Shown here piece after piece: positions 29,446 through 38,443 of a stretch of DNA of 64,000 bases (positions are counted from its first letter, which is position 1; every line of letters begins with the position of its first letter). This DNA comes from Bacteroidia bacterium. GTDB lineage: Bacteria; Bacteroidota; Bacteroidia; Cytophagales; Cyclobacteriaceae. The DNA lies in assembly GCA_030426345.1 (NCBI GenBank), contig JAUHYU010000013.1:1286-65285 (forward strand), in the 5' to 3' direction. The notes under the pieces were generated by a model. That model saw only the letters and a program-made list of their open reading frames with translations. It was not told the origin of the DNA and ran no database searches. A program made the translations under genes and the position numbers.

Positions 29446-30474
29446 TTACATAGGCATCTCGTTTTTATTATCAGCATATATTTCTACAGTATCTCCCTTT
29501 ATTTTGAATTCGAAATTGTGGACAAAAGAAATTCCATTCAAAACATCTTCCAGGGTTTCATTTTTAAAATTTCCACTATAATGGAAACTATTCTCTAATA
29601 CGTCGGATGTGACGAACTCAACTCCATACCAATCTTCTAATTTCACAATGATCTCTTTCAACGAATTATCATTAAATACTAGAGTTCCATCCTTCCAACC
29701 AACTTTATTCATGTAGTCAAATTCCTTAATTTCCAAAATGCCCTTCCGATCCATGACAGCAGCCTTGCCAGGATTTAAAATAACAAATTGCCCATTGGTT
29801 TCCTCTACTTTTACCTGCCCGGTAACTAGCGCAACCTCTATACGGTTGTTTTTACTATTAACATTAAAACTTGTACCAAGTGCCGTTGTAGAAACTCCAT
29901 TGGCAATAACTCGGAATGGATTCAACGAATCTTTCTTTACCTCAAAAAATGCTTCTCCTTCTAATTGAACCAGCCTTTCATTGCCTTCGTATGAAGTTTT
30001 ATATTTGATCTTACTTTGTGAATTCAATATGACCTTAGAGCCATCCGGAAGATAGACCGTGAGCTTTTGTCCTTTTGGGTTTTCCTTCACCATTTCATGG
30101 GCCAACTCTACTTGTTGTACTTGTTCACCTGGATTATTCATAAAGTACAACAGACCGGCAAACGTAAAGAAAACTATAAAAATTGCTGCGACCTTGCCCC
30201 AGTTGGATTTCCGGGCTCTGCTAATTTCATGGATTTTGACCCCTTTTTCAGCTAAGTTTCCTTTTGATCTCGACTTTAACTTGGCATATGCGCTTTCAAC
30301 ATCCTTAGACTCCACCTTCAACTGGCTGGATTCCCAATAACTTTTTATTGATTCAAAAATGGCTTTGTGATCTGGATTTTCATTCATCCATTCTCTGAGT
30401 ATTTCAATCTCATTGGTGGTGGCATCTCCTTGCAAAAAGGCCAAAATGACATTGTCTATATTTGGATGTTCCAA
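29446..30474 (-). CDS. FecR-family anti-sigma factor
   Basis: 342 aa with a single central TM helix. The FecR core is LPDGSKVILNSQSKIKY...LEGEAFFEV, followed by a C-terminal DUF4974-like domain. Confidence 0.88.
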   Translation of the reverse strand: MEHPNIDNVILAFLQGDATTNEIEILREWMNENPDHKAIFESIKSYWESSQLKVESKDVESAYAKLKSRSKGNLAEKGVKIHEISRARKSNWGKVAAIFIVFFTFAGLLYFMNNPGEQVQQVELAHEMVKENPKGQKLTVYLPDGSKVILNSQSKIKYKTSYEGNERLVQLEGEAFFEVKKDSLNPFRVIANGVSTTALGTSFNVNSKNNRIEVALVTGQVKVEETNGQFVILNPGKAAVMDRKGILEIKEFDYMNKVGWKDGTLVFNDNSLKEIIVKLEDWYGVEFVTSDVLENSFHYSGNFKNETLEDVLNGISFVHNFEFKIKGDTVEIYADNKNEMPM

Positions 30475-30583
30475 TTATAAATAGTTTTTAGATAATTTCA
30501 GTATAAGGACGAAGCGGATGCAAAAAGTACCTATTCACCTTTGGAATAATATTGTACTTTTCAAAAAAACACCCATTAATGGT

Positions 30584-31195
30584 TCACAAGAAAAATAAAA
30601 AGCTTCGTAAGATCATGAATCCGGGACTCCGACGGTCATTAGAAAAGTAATTCGTCACGTTTGATCTTATGGATTTCATGGCACTTAACAACTGATTGTT
30701 TATGGTTTTTACAGACACCCCTAAAAGATCCGCGACTTCTTGGTATTTCAGCCCGTCTTCTTTTATTAGTCGATAAACTAATCTCGTTTTTTCGGGAAGA
30801 TTTAAAACTGCTTGATCTATAACCTCCATCAATTCCTTATTGAGTAGGCGCTGTTCCGGATTTTGGTGAGTAATAAACTCTTCATAGTGAGACTCCCCAA
30901 AACTGGCATTGAGCATTTTGGAGTTTCGTCTGTGATAATCAAGAGTTTTATTTTTAGTGCAGACATACAAGAAGTTCTCAAATCTATCAATATGACTCAA
31001 TTTCATTCTTTTTTCCCAAATAGAATGAAGAACTTCTATCACAATATCTTCTGCGGACTCATGGTTTTTGACAATAACAAAAGTATAATTCAGTAATCTT
31101 GGATAATAACGATTGAACAATTCTTTAAATGCAGACTCGTCAGATTTCGCTATCCGTTTTACCAAATTGTCAATACTGGCCTTATTTACCTCCAT
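30584..31195 (-). CDS. ECF-type RNA polymerase sigma-70 factor
   Basis: 203 aa. Region 2 is AEDIVIEVLHSIWEKR. Region 4 is LKYQEVADLLGVSVKTINNQL. Confidence 0.88.
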   Translation of the reverse strand: MEVNKASIDNLVKRIAKSDESAFKELFNRYYPRLLNYTFVIVKNHESAEDIVIEVLHSIWEKRMKLSHIDRFENFLYVCTKNKTLDYHRRNSKMLNASFGESHYEEFITHQNPEQRLLNKELMEVIDQAVLNLPEKTRLVYRLIKEDGLKYQEVADLLGVSVKTINNQLLSAMKSIRSNVTNYFSNDRRSPGFMILRSFLFFL

Positions 31196-31301
31196 CTTAC
31201 CATCAATATCACATCAGAATCGTGATTATTTTTTAATTTCCTAAAAATGGCTAAGTTATCATTAATAAACAACTAGACAATTGCACAAAAAAGGCTGTCT
31301 C

Positions 31302-31333
31302 ATTCTTATTATTGAGACAGCCTAATCTAATCA
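31302..31333 (-). terminator. rho-independent terminator after the SusD gene
   Basis: 11-bp stem AGGCTGTCTCA/TGAGACAGCCT with a 10-nt loop. On the minus strand it is followed by TTTTTGTG. Confidence 0.75.
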
Positions 31334-31350
31334 TGACCTTAATACCTGAT

Positions 31351-33111
31351 TTAATAGCCAGGATTTTGTTTTAATTCTGCCTCAATGTTTTTTTCTATTT
31401 CGCTAAAAGGAATTGGCCATAAATTATTGTGGTCATGATAGGTATCCCCATCATGAGGATTGTTTTTTCGTGTTGTTTCCACTAACATACCTAAGCGTGT
31501 TAGTGTTAGCAGTCTAAATTCCTCAAGATACAATTCTCTAGCTCTTTCATCAAGCAGATAATCAATATCCACGTCAGCAGGATCTACTGCGGGGGCTTGA
31601 GCCCTGCTTCTAACCACATTGATATCATTGGCAGCCATTTGTTCATCACCAGCCCCAAGGTAGGCTTCCGCACGGAGAAGGTAAGTCTCTGCTAAACGAA
31701 TTGCATATACATCTCTGAAGGCCACATGACTGAATGAAAGCCCTCCTTCAACTATTGGGTTTTCCAGAAAAGCCTCTGGCGGTTGTTTTCCGGGTGTTGA
31801 GGTTTTTGTAATCCATGGATACATATTTCGGGTTGTATCGTTCAAACTTGCCATGCTAATTGGTAAATTATCCTTAAAAATCCATTTTCCATTATGGTCG
31901 CTATCCGGATTTCTCACTATAAAATCCCGTACGATATTGGCATCAGAGTTTCTAATATCCTGATCGTATCCGCTTTTCTGCCAAAGCGTTTCAAAGAAGT
32001 AATAAGTTGGTCTTATAAACCCCGAACTTCGACCTGCTGTATAGGCATTAGGATTTGGCACTAAGGTGCTGCTCGAACCATCATTGTTTGCGATTTTAGC
32101 CTGCCAGGCTCTCGGAGCAAATGTTCGTTCCAACTCAGGGCCTCCTCCACCATCTCTAGTTGAACCGCCACCAGTGACTTGCCAAGCAAACTGCAGCACC
32201 CAGATTGCCTCATTGTTTCCTGAAGAACGATTTTGATTTCCTTGTCTAAACAAATCCCAATATACATCTGTATCATATTGGGGTATCAGAAACTTTTCAT
32301 CTTTTCTTGAGCCAAAACGTTCGGTCATCAGGGCCGTATTCGGATCATCGATTACGGCTGAAGCAGCATCTATCGCATCCTGCCATTGACCCAATGAGAT
32401 GTACACCTCTGACAACACATGAAGTGCTGCTAGCCGGTTTAACCTGTGATCAGCTACCTCATGAATTTCACCTAAGACTTCAGAAGCATCTTTCAAATCA
32501 GCGGCCGCCTGTTGATAAACTGCTTCTCTAGCGGCCTTAGTAAAATCTCTTATGGGTGATTTTGTTTCTTCTAAAACAATTGGAACACCTCCATATAGAT
32601 TAGCCAGCATTTTATAAAAATACCCCCGAAAAAACTTTGCTTCTGCAGTAAACAAGTTCTTTTCCTCTTCCTTCAATTCATTGTCCTCAGAATTTGCCCT
32701 TTCGATGATCGCATTGGCATCAAAAATAATTTGGTAGGCAGGTCTCCAAAGCGCTTCATAAACCATACTGCTGTTGGTGGGAAATAAGACGGATGACATA
32801 TCTGAACTAAATCCGATATTCTTGTGCAAATGAAAGAGATCAGTCGCCTGCATTCCAGCTGATGGAAACTCATTTTCGCTATCACTTGAGAAGAATCCGT
32901 CCCTTACCTCTTTATACATTCTTGCCACGGCTGCGTCATAGTCCGCTGCCGTCACATAGGAATTGCTTGGAGAGTAAAAATCTATTGGTTCGGTTTCCAG
33001 AAATTTTTCTTCATTGCAAGATGCTAAAATAAGGCATATGAATACTCCCAACAAAAGTGTCCTATATGCCTTCTGGATTCTTTTTATATTTATTTTATTT
33101 ATTGAATTCAT
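31351..33111 (-). CDS. RagB/SusD-family outer-membrane lipoprotein
   Basis: 586 aa with lipobox LILASC. It lies 11 nt downstream of a SusC-like gene and carries the typical C-terminal ERARELYLEEFR...RKNNP motif. Confidence 0.9.
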   Translation of the reverse strand: MNSINKINIKRIQKAYRTLLLGVFICLILASCNEEKFLETEPIDFYSPSNSYVTAADYDAAVARMYKEVRDGFFSSDSENEFPSAGMQATDLFHLHKNIGFSSDMSSVLFPTNSSMVYEALWRPAYQIIFDANAIIERANSEDNELKEEEKNLFTAEAKFFRGYFYKMLANLYGGVPIVLEETKSPIRDFTKAAREAVYQQAAADLKDASEVLGEIHEVADHRLNRLAALHVLSEVYISLGQWQDAIDAASAVIDDPNTALMTERFGSRKDEKFLIPQYDTDVYWDLFRQGNQNRSSGNNEAIWVLQFAWQVTGGGSTRDGGGGPELERTFAPRAWQAKIANNDGSSSTLVPNPNAYTAGRSSGFIRPTYYFFETLWQKSGYDQDIRNSDANIVRDFIVRNPDSDHNGKWIFKDNLPISMASLNDTTRNMYPWITKTSTPGKQPPEAFLENPIVEGGLSFSHVAFRDVYAIRLAETYLLRAEAYLGAGDEQMAANDINVVRSRAQAPAVDPADVDIDYLLDERARELYLEEFRLLTLTRLGMLVETTRKNNPHDGDTYHDHNNLWPIPFSEIEKNIEAELKQNPGY

Positions 33112-33122
33112 GATCCTACAAT

Positions 33123-36100
33123 TTAAAATGTGACATTTAATCCTAATGAATAACTTTCCATAACAGGTCTACCACTTTTAGTGATGCCCTCTCCGGTTTC
33201 TGGATCCCAACCTTCCCAGTTTGTTATGGTAATAAGGTTTCTTCCGCTTAATGTAATTCTGAGGTTTTCAATAAATTTCAGTTTATCTACATCAAAATTA
33301 TAGGCAAGGGAAATATCCCGCAATCGAACAAAACTCCTAGGAGAGTATCGTGTACCGGCTATTCCACCAGAACCTTTTATACCAGGCCGTTGGTATTTTG
33401 CATCAGGATTTTCCGGTGTCCAATATTCGATATTATTTGGAAACGAAGCATTAAAGTGTGTTTCATTATTAAAAATATCAAAATCGTACATGGTATCTTC
33501 ACCCAAATATCTTTCATTTCCTCCCTGAATAGAGTTTATAAAAAATCTTAATGTCCAATTATTATAGCTCAATACATTATTGAGACCCCACCTATAGGCC
33601 GGTAAGTCATTACCAACAATGGTTCTGTCATCCCCGTCGCGTACACCATCATCATTGAGATCGAGTACTTTATACGATCCAAACTCATAGCCGCTGGGGA
33701 TTTCATCATCCAATTGCCATATGCCATCTATTTGAAAGTCATAAATCACACCTAGTGATTCTCCTATAAACAATCCTTCAGAAGTCAAATCGTCCTCGTT
33801 TCCATCCCCATCAATATCGAAACCAAGCAAAGACTTAATTTTGTTCCTGTTTCGCGAAAAGGTCAGATCTGATGACCATGTAAATCCATTCTTTTTAATA
33901 TTTACTGAAGATAGCAGAATTTCAAGTCCTTCATTATGTATTTCACCCAAGTTATCGGGGAATATTTCAAATCGGTTAATTCCTGGAATATCCACATTAT
34001 AGAGCAGGTCAGTTGTATTGCTATTGTAGTATTCGATTGATCCGTTTAGTCTTTCTTTAAGCAATCGAAAATCGAATCCTAAATTAATGCCAGTAGTTTT
34101 TTCCCATTTTAAGTCTGGACTTTCCAGCCCACTGATCCATTGGGTATATAGCGAAGATTCATCGGCCGAAACATATCCAAATTCTCCAGACACTTCAGCT
34201 AGTGTTTGATAACGGCCAATGGTTCTGTTACCTGTGGTTCCATAAGATCCTCTCAATTTGAGCCAATTAACCCAGTTTGGGGCATTTCCTAAAAATGATT
34301 CTTCTGACAGAACCCAACCTACAGCCACAGATGGGAAATTACCATACTTGTTATTTTCACTAAACCCGGAAAACCCGTCTCTTCTAATTGTTCCATTGAT
34401 CAAGTAGCGGTTGAGTAGCTTGTATGAAATTCTAGCCATGCCGTAGGTACTTGATTCTTTCCATCCTCCAGAAGATACTCTTTGCTGATCTGCTGCTGCT
34501 GCCTGAAGCCGATCGAAGCCAAGAGCGTAATTGGCGAAATTGGAACCTTCAGCTCGCGTAAAGCGATTATTCCTTTCTTCCATCCCGTACAGAAGTGTCG
34601 CATCGATCTGATGAATGCCTTTAAACTCCTTACTGTAGGTTAGTATGTTGTCGAGGCTATAGGTATATTGATTCTCATTCTCCTTATATCCAAGACCTGT
34701 GAAATTGGCGTCAAACGAACCAAAATAATTGTTATCCGATTGAATGTAATTGTTTCCGAATCTCAACTGATATTTTAATCCTTCAAGAGGCAAGTAAACC
34801 GTGCCGGTAATATTTCCATTTAATGTAAGTCGTTTGTCATCAACAATTGCAGTAGCCTCTATGATCGGATTGACAGGATTCCCGTAAGGTCGTAATTCCA
34901 ATTCGCCATCCTCATTATAGGGAGTGGCAAACGGTTCAATGTATCTATCATTGGTATTATATGTTTGAGGGCCGTAGTCACTGGTCGTTAGAAAAGTTTG
35001 AATGTCGATATCCAGCCATTTGGTGACCGTAGTAAAAAGGTTTATCCTTCCATTAATCCGCTTATAGGATTCATCAATCATATAGCCACTTTGATCTGTA
35101 TAACCAATTGCCGCATAATAATTATTGTTTTTTGTTGAATTGGAGAGGGATATGTTATGACTTACCGTGAACGGATTATCTCTTGCGATGTGGTCATACC
35201 AGTCAAAAGATCTCCCTGCATTAAATTGTCTGATTTCATGACTGGTTTTAAAGTTAGTAGTTTCATCCCAATCTGGATTTCTATCTAAATAGCCAGATGA
35301 AGGAATTCTGCTTTGCAGTATATCCGAATGTTCGATTTTCAACATAAATTTGTCCTGATTTACCTCGGCCCGAAGTTCGTGATTAGGTCTTTGGAATGAG
35401 TACATGCCGGAGTAATTAATAATTGGTTTTCCATCTGCTTGATTTCCAGAATTTGTTGTGATCAACACTACACCGTTTGCGGCCTGTGAGCCATAAATTG
35501 CAGAAGCACTTGCATCCTTCAGTACGTCAATGGACTTTATATTTCCTGGATTGATATCAACCAAGGCACCGCGATAAATTACTCCATCCAAAACAATTAA
35601 CGGATCCTGTTCACCGGAGATCGATGTACGCCCTCTAATGGAAAGAGTAGGGCTCTCACCTGCCACATCTACCTGGCCAACGTTGAGCCCAGGGACAGTT
35701 CCTTGTAATCCCTCTAAGAAAGATACATTTGGCTGAGTGTCCATAGATTCCATATCAGCACTCGAAATAGCACCGGTAAGATCACTTTTCTTTTGAGTTC
35801 CATAGCCGACAACCACGATTTCATCCAAGGCTGTTACATCCGCTGTTAGGATAATATTTATGACAGATCTGTTGCCTACTGTCTCTTCATTTTCTATGAA
35901 ACCAACTGAGCTAAAAACCAAAACAGCACCATCCTCTGGCACCTGTAAGGTGTAATTGCCTTGTACATCAGTAACCGTACCTTGACTTGTGCCCTTCACG
36001 ATCACGTTTACCCCGGGAAGGCCTTCTTCATCATCATCTGAAGTAACATAGCCTGAAATTTCCCTTGTCTGCAGACTAATATTGGAACTCACAATTTCAG

Positions 36101-36482
36101 TAACTGACGATTGAAGCATTTTCCTTTTACTAACGAAAATATTGTCATCAATTCGTTTAAAATTTAGTTTGGTGTCTTTGGCGAGATTCCGCAAAATATC
36201 TCCCAGAGATCCTTTGGTAGCTATGGGAGAAACTTTTTCATTCAAATTGATAACTCCCTGGTTGTAACTAAAATTGAAATCGGTTTTGGCTTCCAATTCC
36301 GAAAAAACTTCTTTTAGAGAGGCATTTTCCAATTGAACACTCAAAAAGATCTCATCGATACTTGTACTCTGACTAGCGGCATCTTCTGCAATCAGCAGGC
36401 CGGCAAACATGCACTGTAGTACAACAGCATAAAATGCAAATTTTGACATGGTCACAATTTGTCTAAGTAGTAATAATCTCAT
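33123..36482 (-). CDS. SusC/RagA-family TonB-linked outer-membrane protein with N-terminal STN signalling domain
   Basis: 1119 aa with the same architecture as 25747..29355 (GLPGVNVIVKGTSQGTVTD, plug, barrel, terminal F). Confidence 0.9.
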   Translation of the reverse strand: MRLLLLRQIVTMSKFAFYAVVLQCMFAGLLIAEDAASQSTSIDEIFLSVQLENASLKEVFSELEAKTDFNFSYNQGVINLNEKVSPIATKGSLGDILRNLAKDTKLNFKRIDDNIFVSKRKMLQSSVTEIVSSNISLQTREISGYVTSDDDEEGLPGVNVIVKGTSQGTVTDVQGNYTLQVPEDGAVLVFSSVGFIENEETVGNRSVINIILTADVTALDEIVVVGYGTQKKSDLTGAISSADMESMDTQPNVSFLEGLQGTVPGLNVGQVDVAGESPTLSIRGRTSISGEQDPLIVLDGVIYRGALVDINPGNIKSIDVLKDASASAIYGSQAANGVVLITTNSGNQADGKPIINYSGMYSFQRPNHELRAEVNQDKFMLKIEHSDILQSRIPSSGYLDRNPDWDETTNFKTSHEIRQFNAGRSFDWYDHIARDNPFTVSHNISLSNSTKNNNYYAAIGYTDQSGYMIDESYKRINGRINLFTTVTKWLDIDIQTFLTTSDYGPQTYNTNDRYIEPFATPYNEDGELELRPYGNPVNPIIEATAIVDDKRLTLNGNITGTVYLPLEGLKYQLRFGNNYIQSDNNYFGSFDANFTGLGYKENENQYTYSLDNILTYSKEFKGIHQIDATLLYGMEERNNRFTRAEGSNFANYALGFDRLQAAAADQQRVSSGGWKESSTYGMARISYKLLNRYLINGTIRRDGFSGFSENNKYGNFPSVAVGWVLSEESFLGNAPNWVNWLKLRGSYGTTGNRTIGRYQTLAEVSGEFGYVSADESSLYTQWISGLESPDLKWEKTTGINLGFDFRLLKERLNGSIEYYNSNTTDLLYNVDIPGINRFEIFPDNLGEIHNEGLEILLSSVNIKKNGFTWSSDLTFSRNRNKIKSLLGFDIDGDGNEDDLTSEGLFIGESLGVIYDFQIDGIWQLDDEIPSGYEFGSYKVLDLNDDGVRDGDDRTIVGNDLPAYRWGLNNVLSYNNWTLRFFINSIQGGNERYLGEDTMYDFDIFNNETHFNASFPNNIEYWTPENPDAKYQRPGIKGSGGIAGTRYSPRSFVRLRDISLAYNFDVDKLKFIENLRITLSGRNLITITNWEGWDPETGEGITKSGRPVMESYSLGLNVTF

Positions 36483-36581
36483 AATTTTAACATGTTTTGT
36501 TGAACATTTAGGTTTAACACAATTGAAATCCTCAAAAGGGCTGTATCACGCCAATGAATGAAACCCTTCTGAGAATAGGAT

Positions 36582-36600
36582 GGCCGGCCTTGTGCCGGCC
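36582..36600. other. GC-rich hairpin in the anti-sigma-to-susC intergenic leader
   Basis: GGCCGGC-CTTGT-GCCGGCC. It sits in the same relative position as the hairpin at 29396. Confidence 0.6.
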
Positions 36601-36644
36601 CTTTTAGGATGAATTTGGCTTCATGGTTATTTGATGCATTTTGA

Positions 36645-37682
36645 TCACTTTATTATTACTTTATCCCCATGAATCTCATAATCAAACTCACACGACTCAT
36701 GGATACCCATTAGTATTTCTTCCAGAGATTGGTCATGGAATTCACCCACTATTCCTTTTTTGATGGTCTCTTTCCGCTTTACCTGAACTTCCACACCATA
36801 CCATCGTTCGATCTTTGATATAAATTCGTCCATGTGAGCGCCATCGAAATACAGCGTACCATCACTCCACCCCAATACTTCCTTTGGATCATAACCAGAA
36901 ACAGATATTTCATGAGTCTCTAGCGAATATGTAGCCATTTCTGAATGCGACAACATCATGGATTTTGGAGGCTTTTCAGAGGATTTTTGGCTTATGTCCT
37001 CTACCAATACCTGTCCTGATCTTACCGCCACACTAATTGTGTTATCTGTAGAATATGCTTTTATGTTAAATGAAGTGCCAACGACTTTTGTTTTCATGGT
37101 TACTGTCTTCACGACAAATGGTCTGGCCTTATCCGGTGTCACATGAAAAAATGCTTCCCCTTCCAATTCCACAATGCGTTGATTTTTTCCAAATGGTTTA
37201 GCATACTTGATGCTACTTTCCGAATTGAGGATAACTTTAGAACCATCCGAGAGAAAAACTGTCAGCTTCTGGCCCCTTGGAATTGTTTTTTCGATGATCT
37301 GATGAGCTAATTTTGGCTGTGGCTCTGTTGCCTGTCGGTAAAAAACAAAAAGCACCGCTGCTATAATAAATGGAACCAATACTGCTGCGACTTTAAGCAA
37401 CTTCCATGGATTAAATTTGTTGGAATCCATGGATTTTCCATGCTTTGCCTCCATTTGAATTTCATCCCACAGCTTTGAGACTTCTTCTTTATTGAAAGAC
37501 TTATCTTGAAACGAAATCATCTGTATTATTTTTTTGGCCTCCTCGACATCAGCTTGCTGATCAGGGTGATTTTTTAAATATCCCTCCCAAAACTCCCCAT
37601 CTTCTGTTGATGGATTTTTCACCCATTTGTGAAAGGATTCATCCATGATGAAGTCACCCAACTCATATTTTTCAAAATCCAT
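36645..37682 (-). CDS. FecR-family anti-sigma factor
   Basis: 345 aa with a central TM helix. Core motif is LSDGSKVILNSESSIKY...LEGEAFFHV. Confidence 0.88.
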   Translation of the reverse strand: MDFEKYELGDFIMDESFHKWVKNPSTEDGEFWEGYLKNHPDQQADVEEAKKIIQMISFQDKSFNKEEVSKLWDEIQMEAKHGKSMDSNKFNPWKLLKVAAVLVPFIIAAVLFVFYRQATEPQPKLAHQIIEKTIPRGQKLTVFLSDGSKVILNSESSIKYAKPFGKNQRIVELEGEAFFHVTPDKARPFVVKTVTMKTKVVGTSFNIKAYSTDNTISVAVRSGQVLVEDISQKSSEKPPKSMMLSHSEMATYSLETHEISVSGYDPKEVLGWSDGTLYFDGAHMDEFISKIERWYGVEVQVKRKETIKKGIVGEFHDQSLEEILMGIHESCEFDYEIHGDKVIIK

Positions 37683-37772
37683 GTATCAATAATTGAAGTA
37701 TGCTTTTATTGATAAGGAAGAGAGAATTGAAAATATACCCTTCGAAACAGAAAAAATAAGTGTGTTTTTTCG

Positions 37773-38387
37773 TTATACCAAATATCCCCAAACGGAAAGC
37801 AGCAAAAAGGCCTTAAAACCCATGGTTTTTCTCAAAGTTTCCAGAGCCCTGTAAACCATATTAAGGACAGATTGATGACTTATTTCCATGAACTCTGAAA
37901 TTTCTGTACAATTCAAGCCACCATAGAAGCGCAAAAATAAGGCTTCCTTTTGGCGTGGTGGAAGCTCTTCAAGCTGTTGATTGAGTTGATTTATTTTTGC
38001 TTGCTCCATTTCCGCATGGATGATGGAAAGTTCATGGGAAAGCGTAAACCCCCCGTTGTAAATTTCACCTTCCGATGAATGAGATTGTATTTTTTTTGCA
38101 GCTATGATTTTCTTTATGAGGTTTCGACGATAGGCTTTTAGTAAATAAAATTTAATGGAATCCGTTTTATTTAGGTTATTCCTACTTTTCCATAAATCAA
38201 CGAACATGTCCTGAATAGCATCTTTTACCATTTCAGGATCCTCGCACATCCTCTTGCCGTAGTTAGCCAAAACACCAATATGCCTTTCGTATATTATTTC
38301 AAATGCATTAGGGTTCCCCTCTCTAAATTTATCCCAAATAAATGAATCAGATGCATTATAAAACTCTACAAAACCCATGGACATCAA
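37773..38387 (-). CDS. ECF-type RNA polymerase sigma-70 factor
   Basis: 204 aa. Region 2 is VKDAIQDMFVDLWKSR. Region 4 is NCTEISEFMEISHQSVLNMVYRAL. The last ~15 codons run through a copy of the window-wide repeat. Confidence 0.85.
   Translation of the reverse strand: MMSMGFVEFYNASDSFIWDKFREGNPNAFEIIYERHIGVLANYGKRMCEDPEMVKDAIQDMFVDLWKSRNNLNKTDSIKFYLLKAYRRNLIKKIIAAKKIQSHSSEGEIYNGGFTLSHELSIIHAEMEQAKINQLNQQLEELPPRQKEALFLRFYGGLNCTEISEFMEISHQSVLNMVYRALETLRKTMGFKAFLLLSVWGYLV
37806..37825. repeat. motif copy (AAAGGCCTTAAAACCCATGG) inside the 3' end of the sigma-factor ORF
   Basis: On the minus strand it encodes ...MGFKAFL... of ORF 37773..38387. Confidence 0.7.
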
Positions 38388-38443
38388 TAGTCACAAAATA
38401 CACTTTAAGGTAAAAAAAATTTATCATTTTCATAGCTATACAA

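Noticed and set aside
28841-36030. About 80 percent DNA identity between short segments of the two susC genes (around 28841-28900 and 35960-36030). Considered as a recombination or gene-conversion tract.
   Set aside because: The match covers only the conserved CarboxypepD_reg-encoding segment (GLPGVNVIVKGT.QGTVTD). It is explained by paralogy and protein-level constraint.
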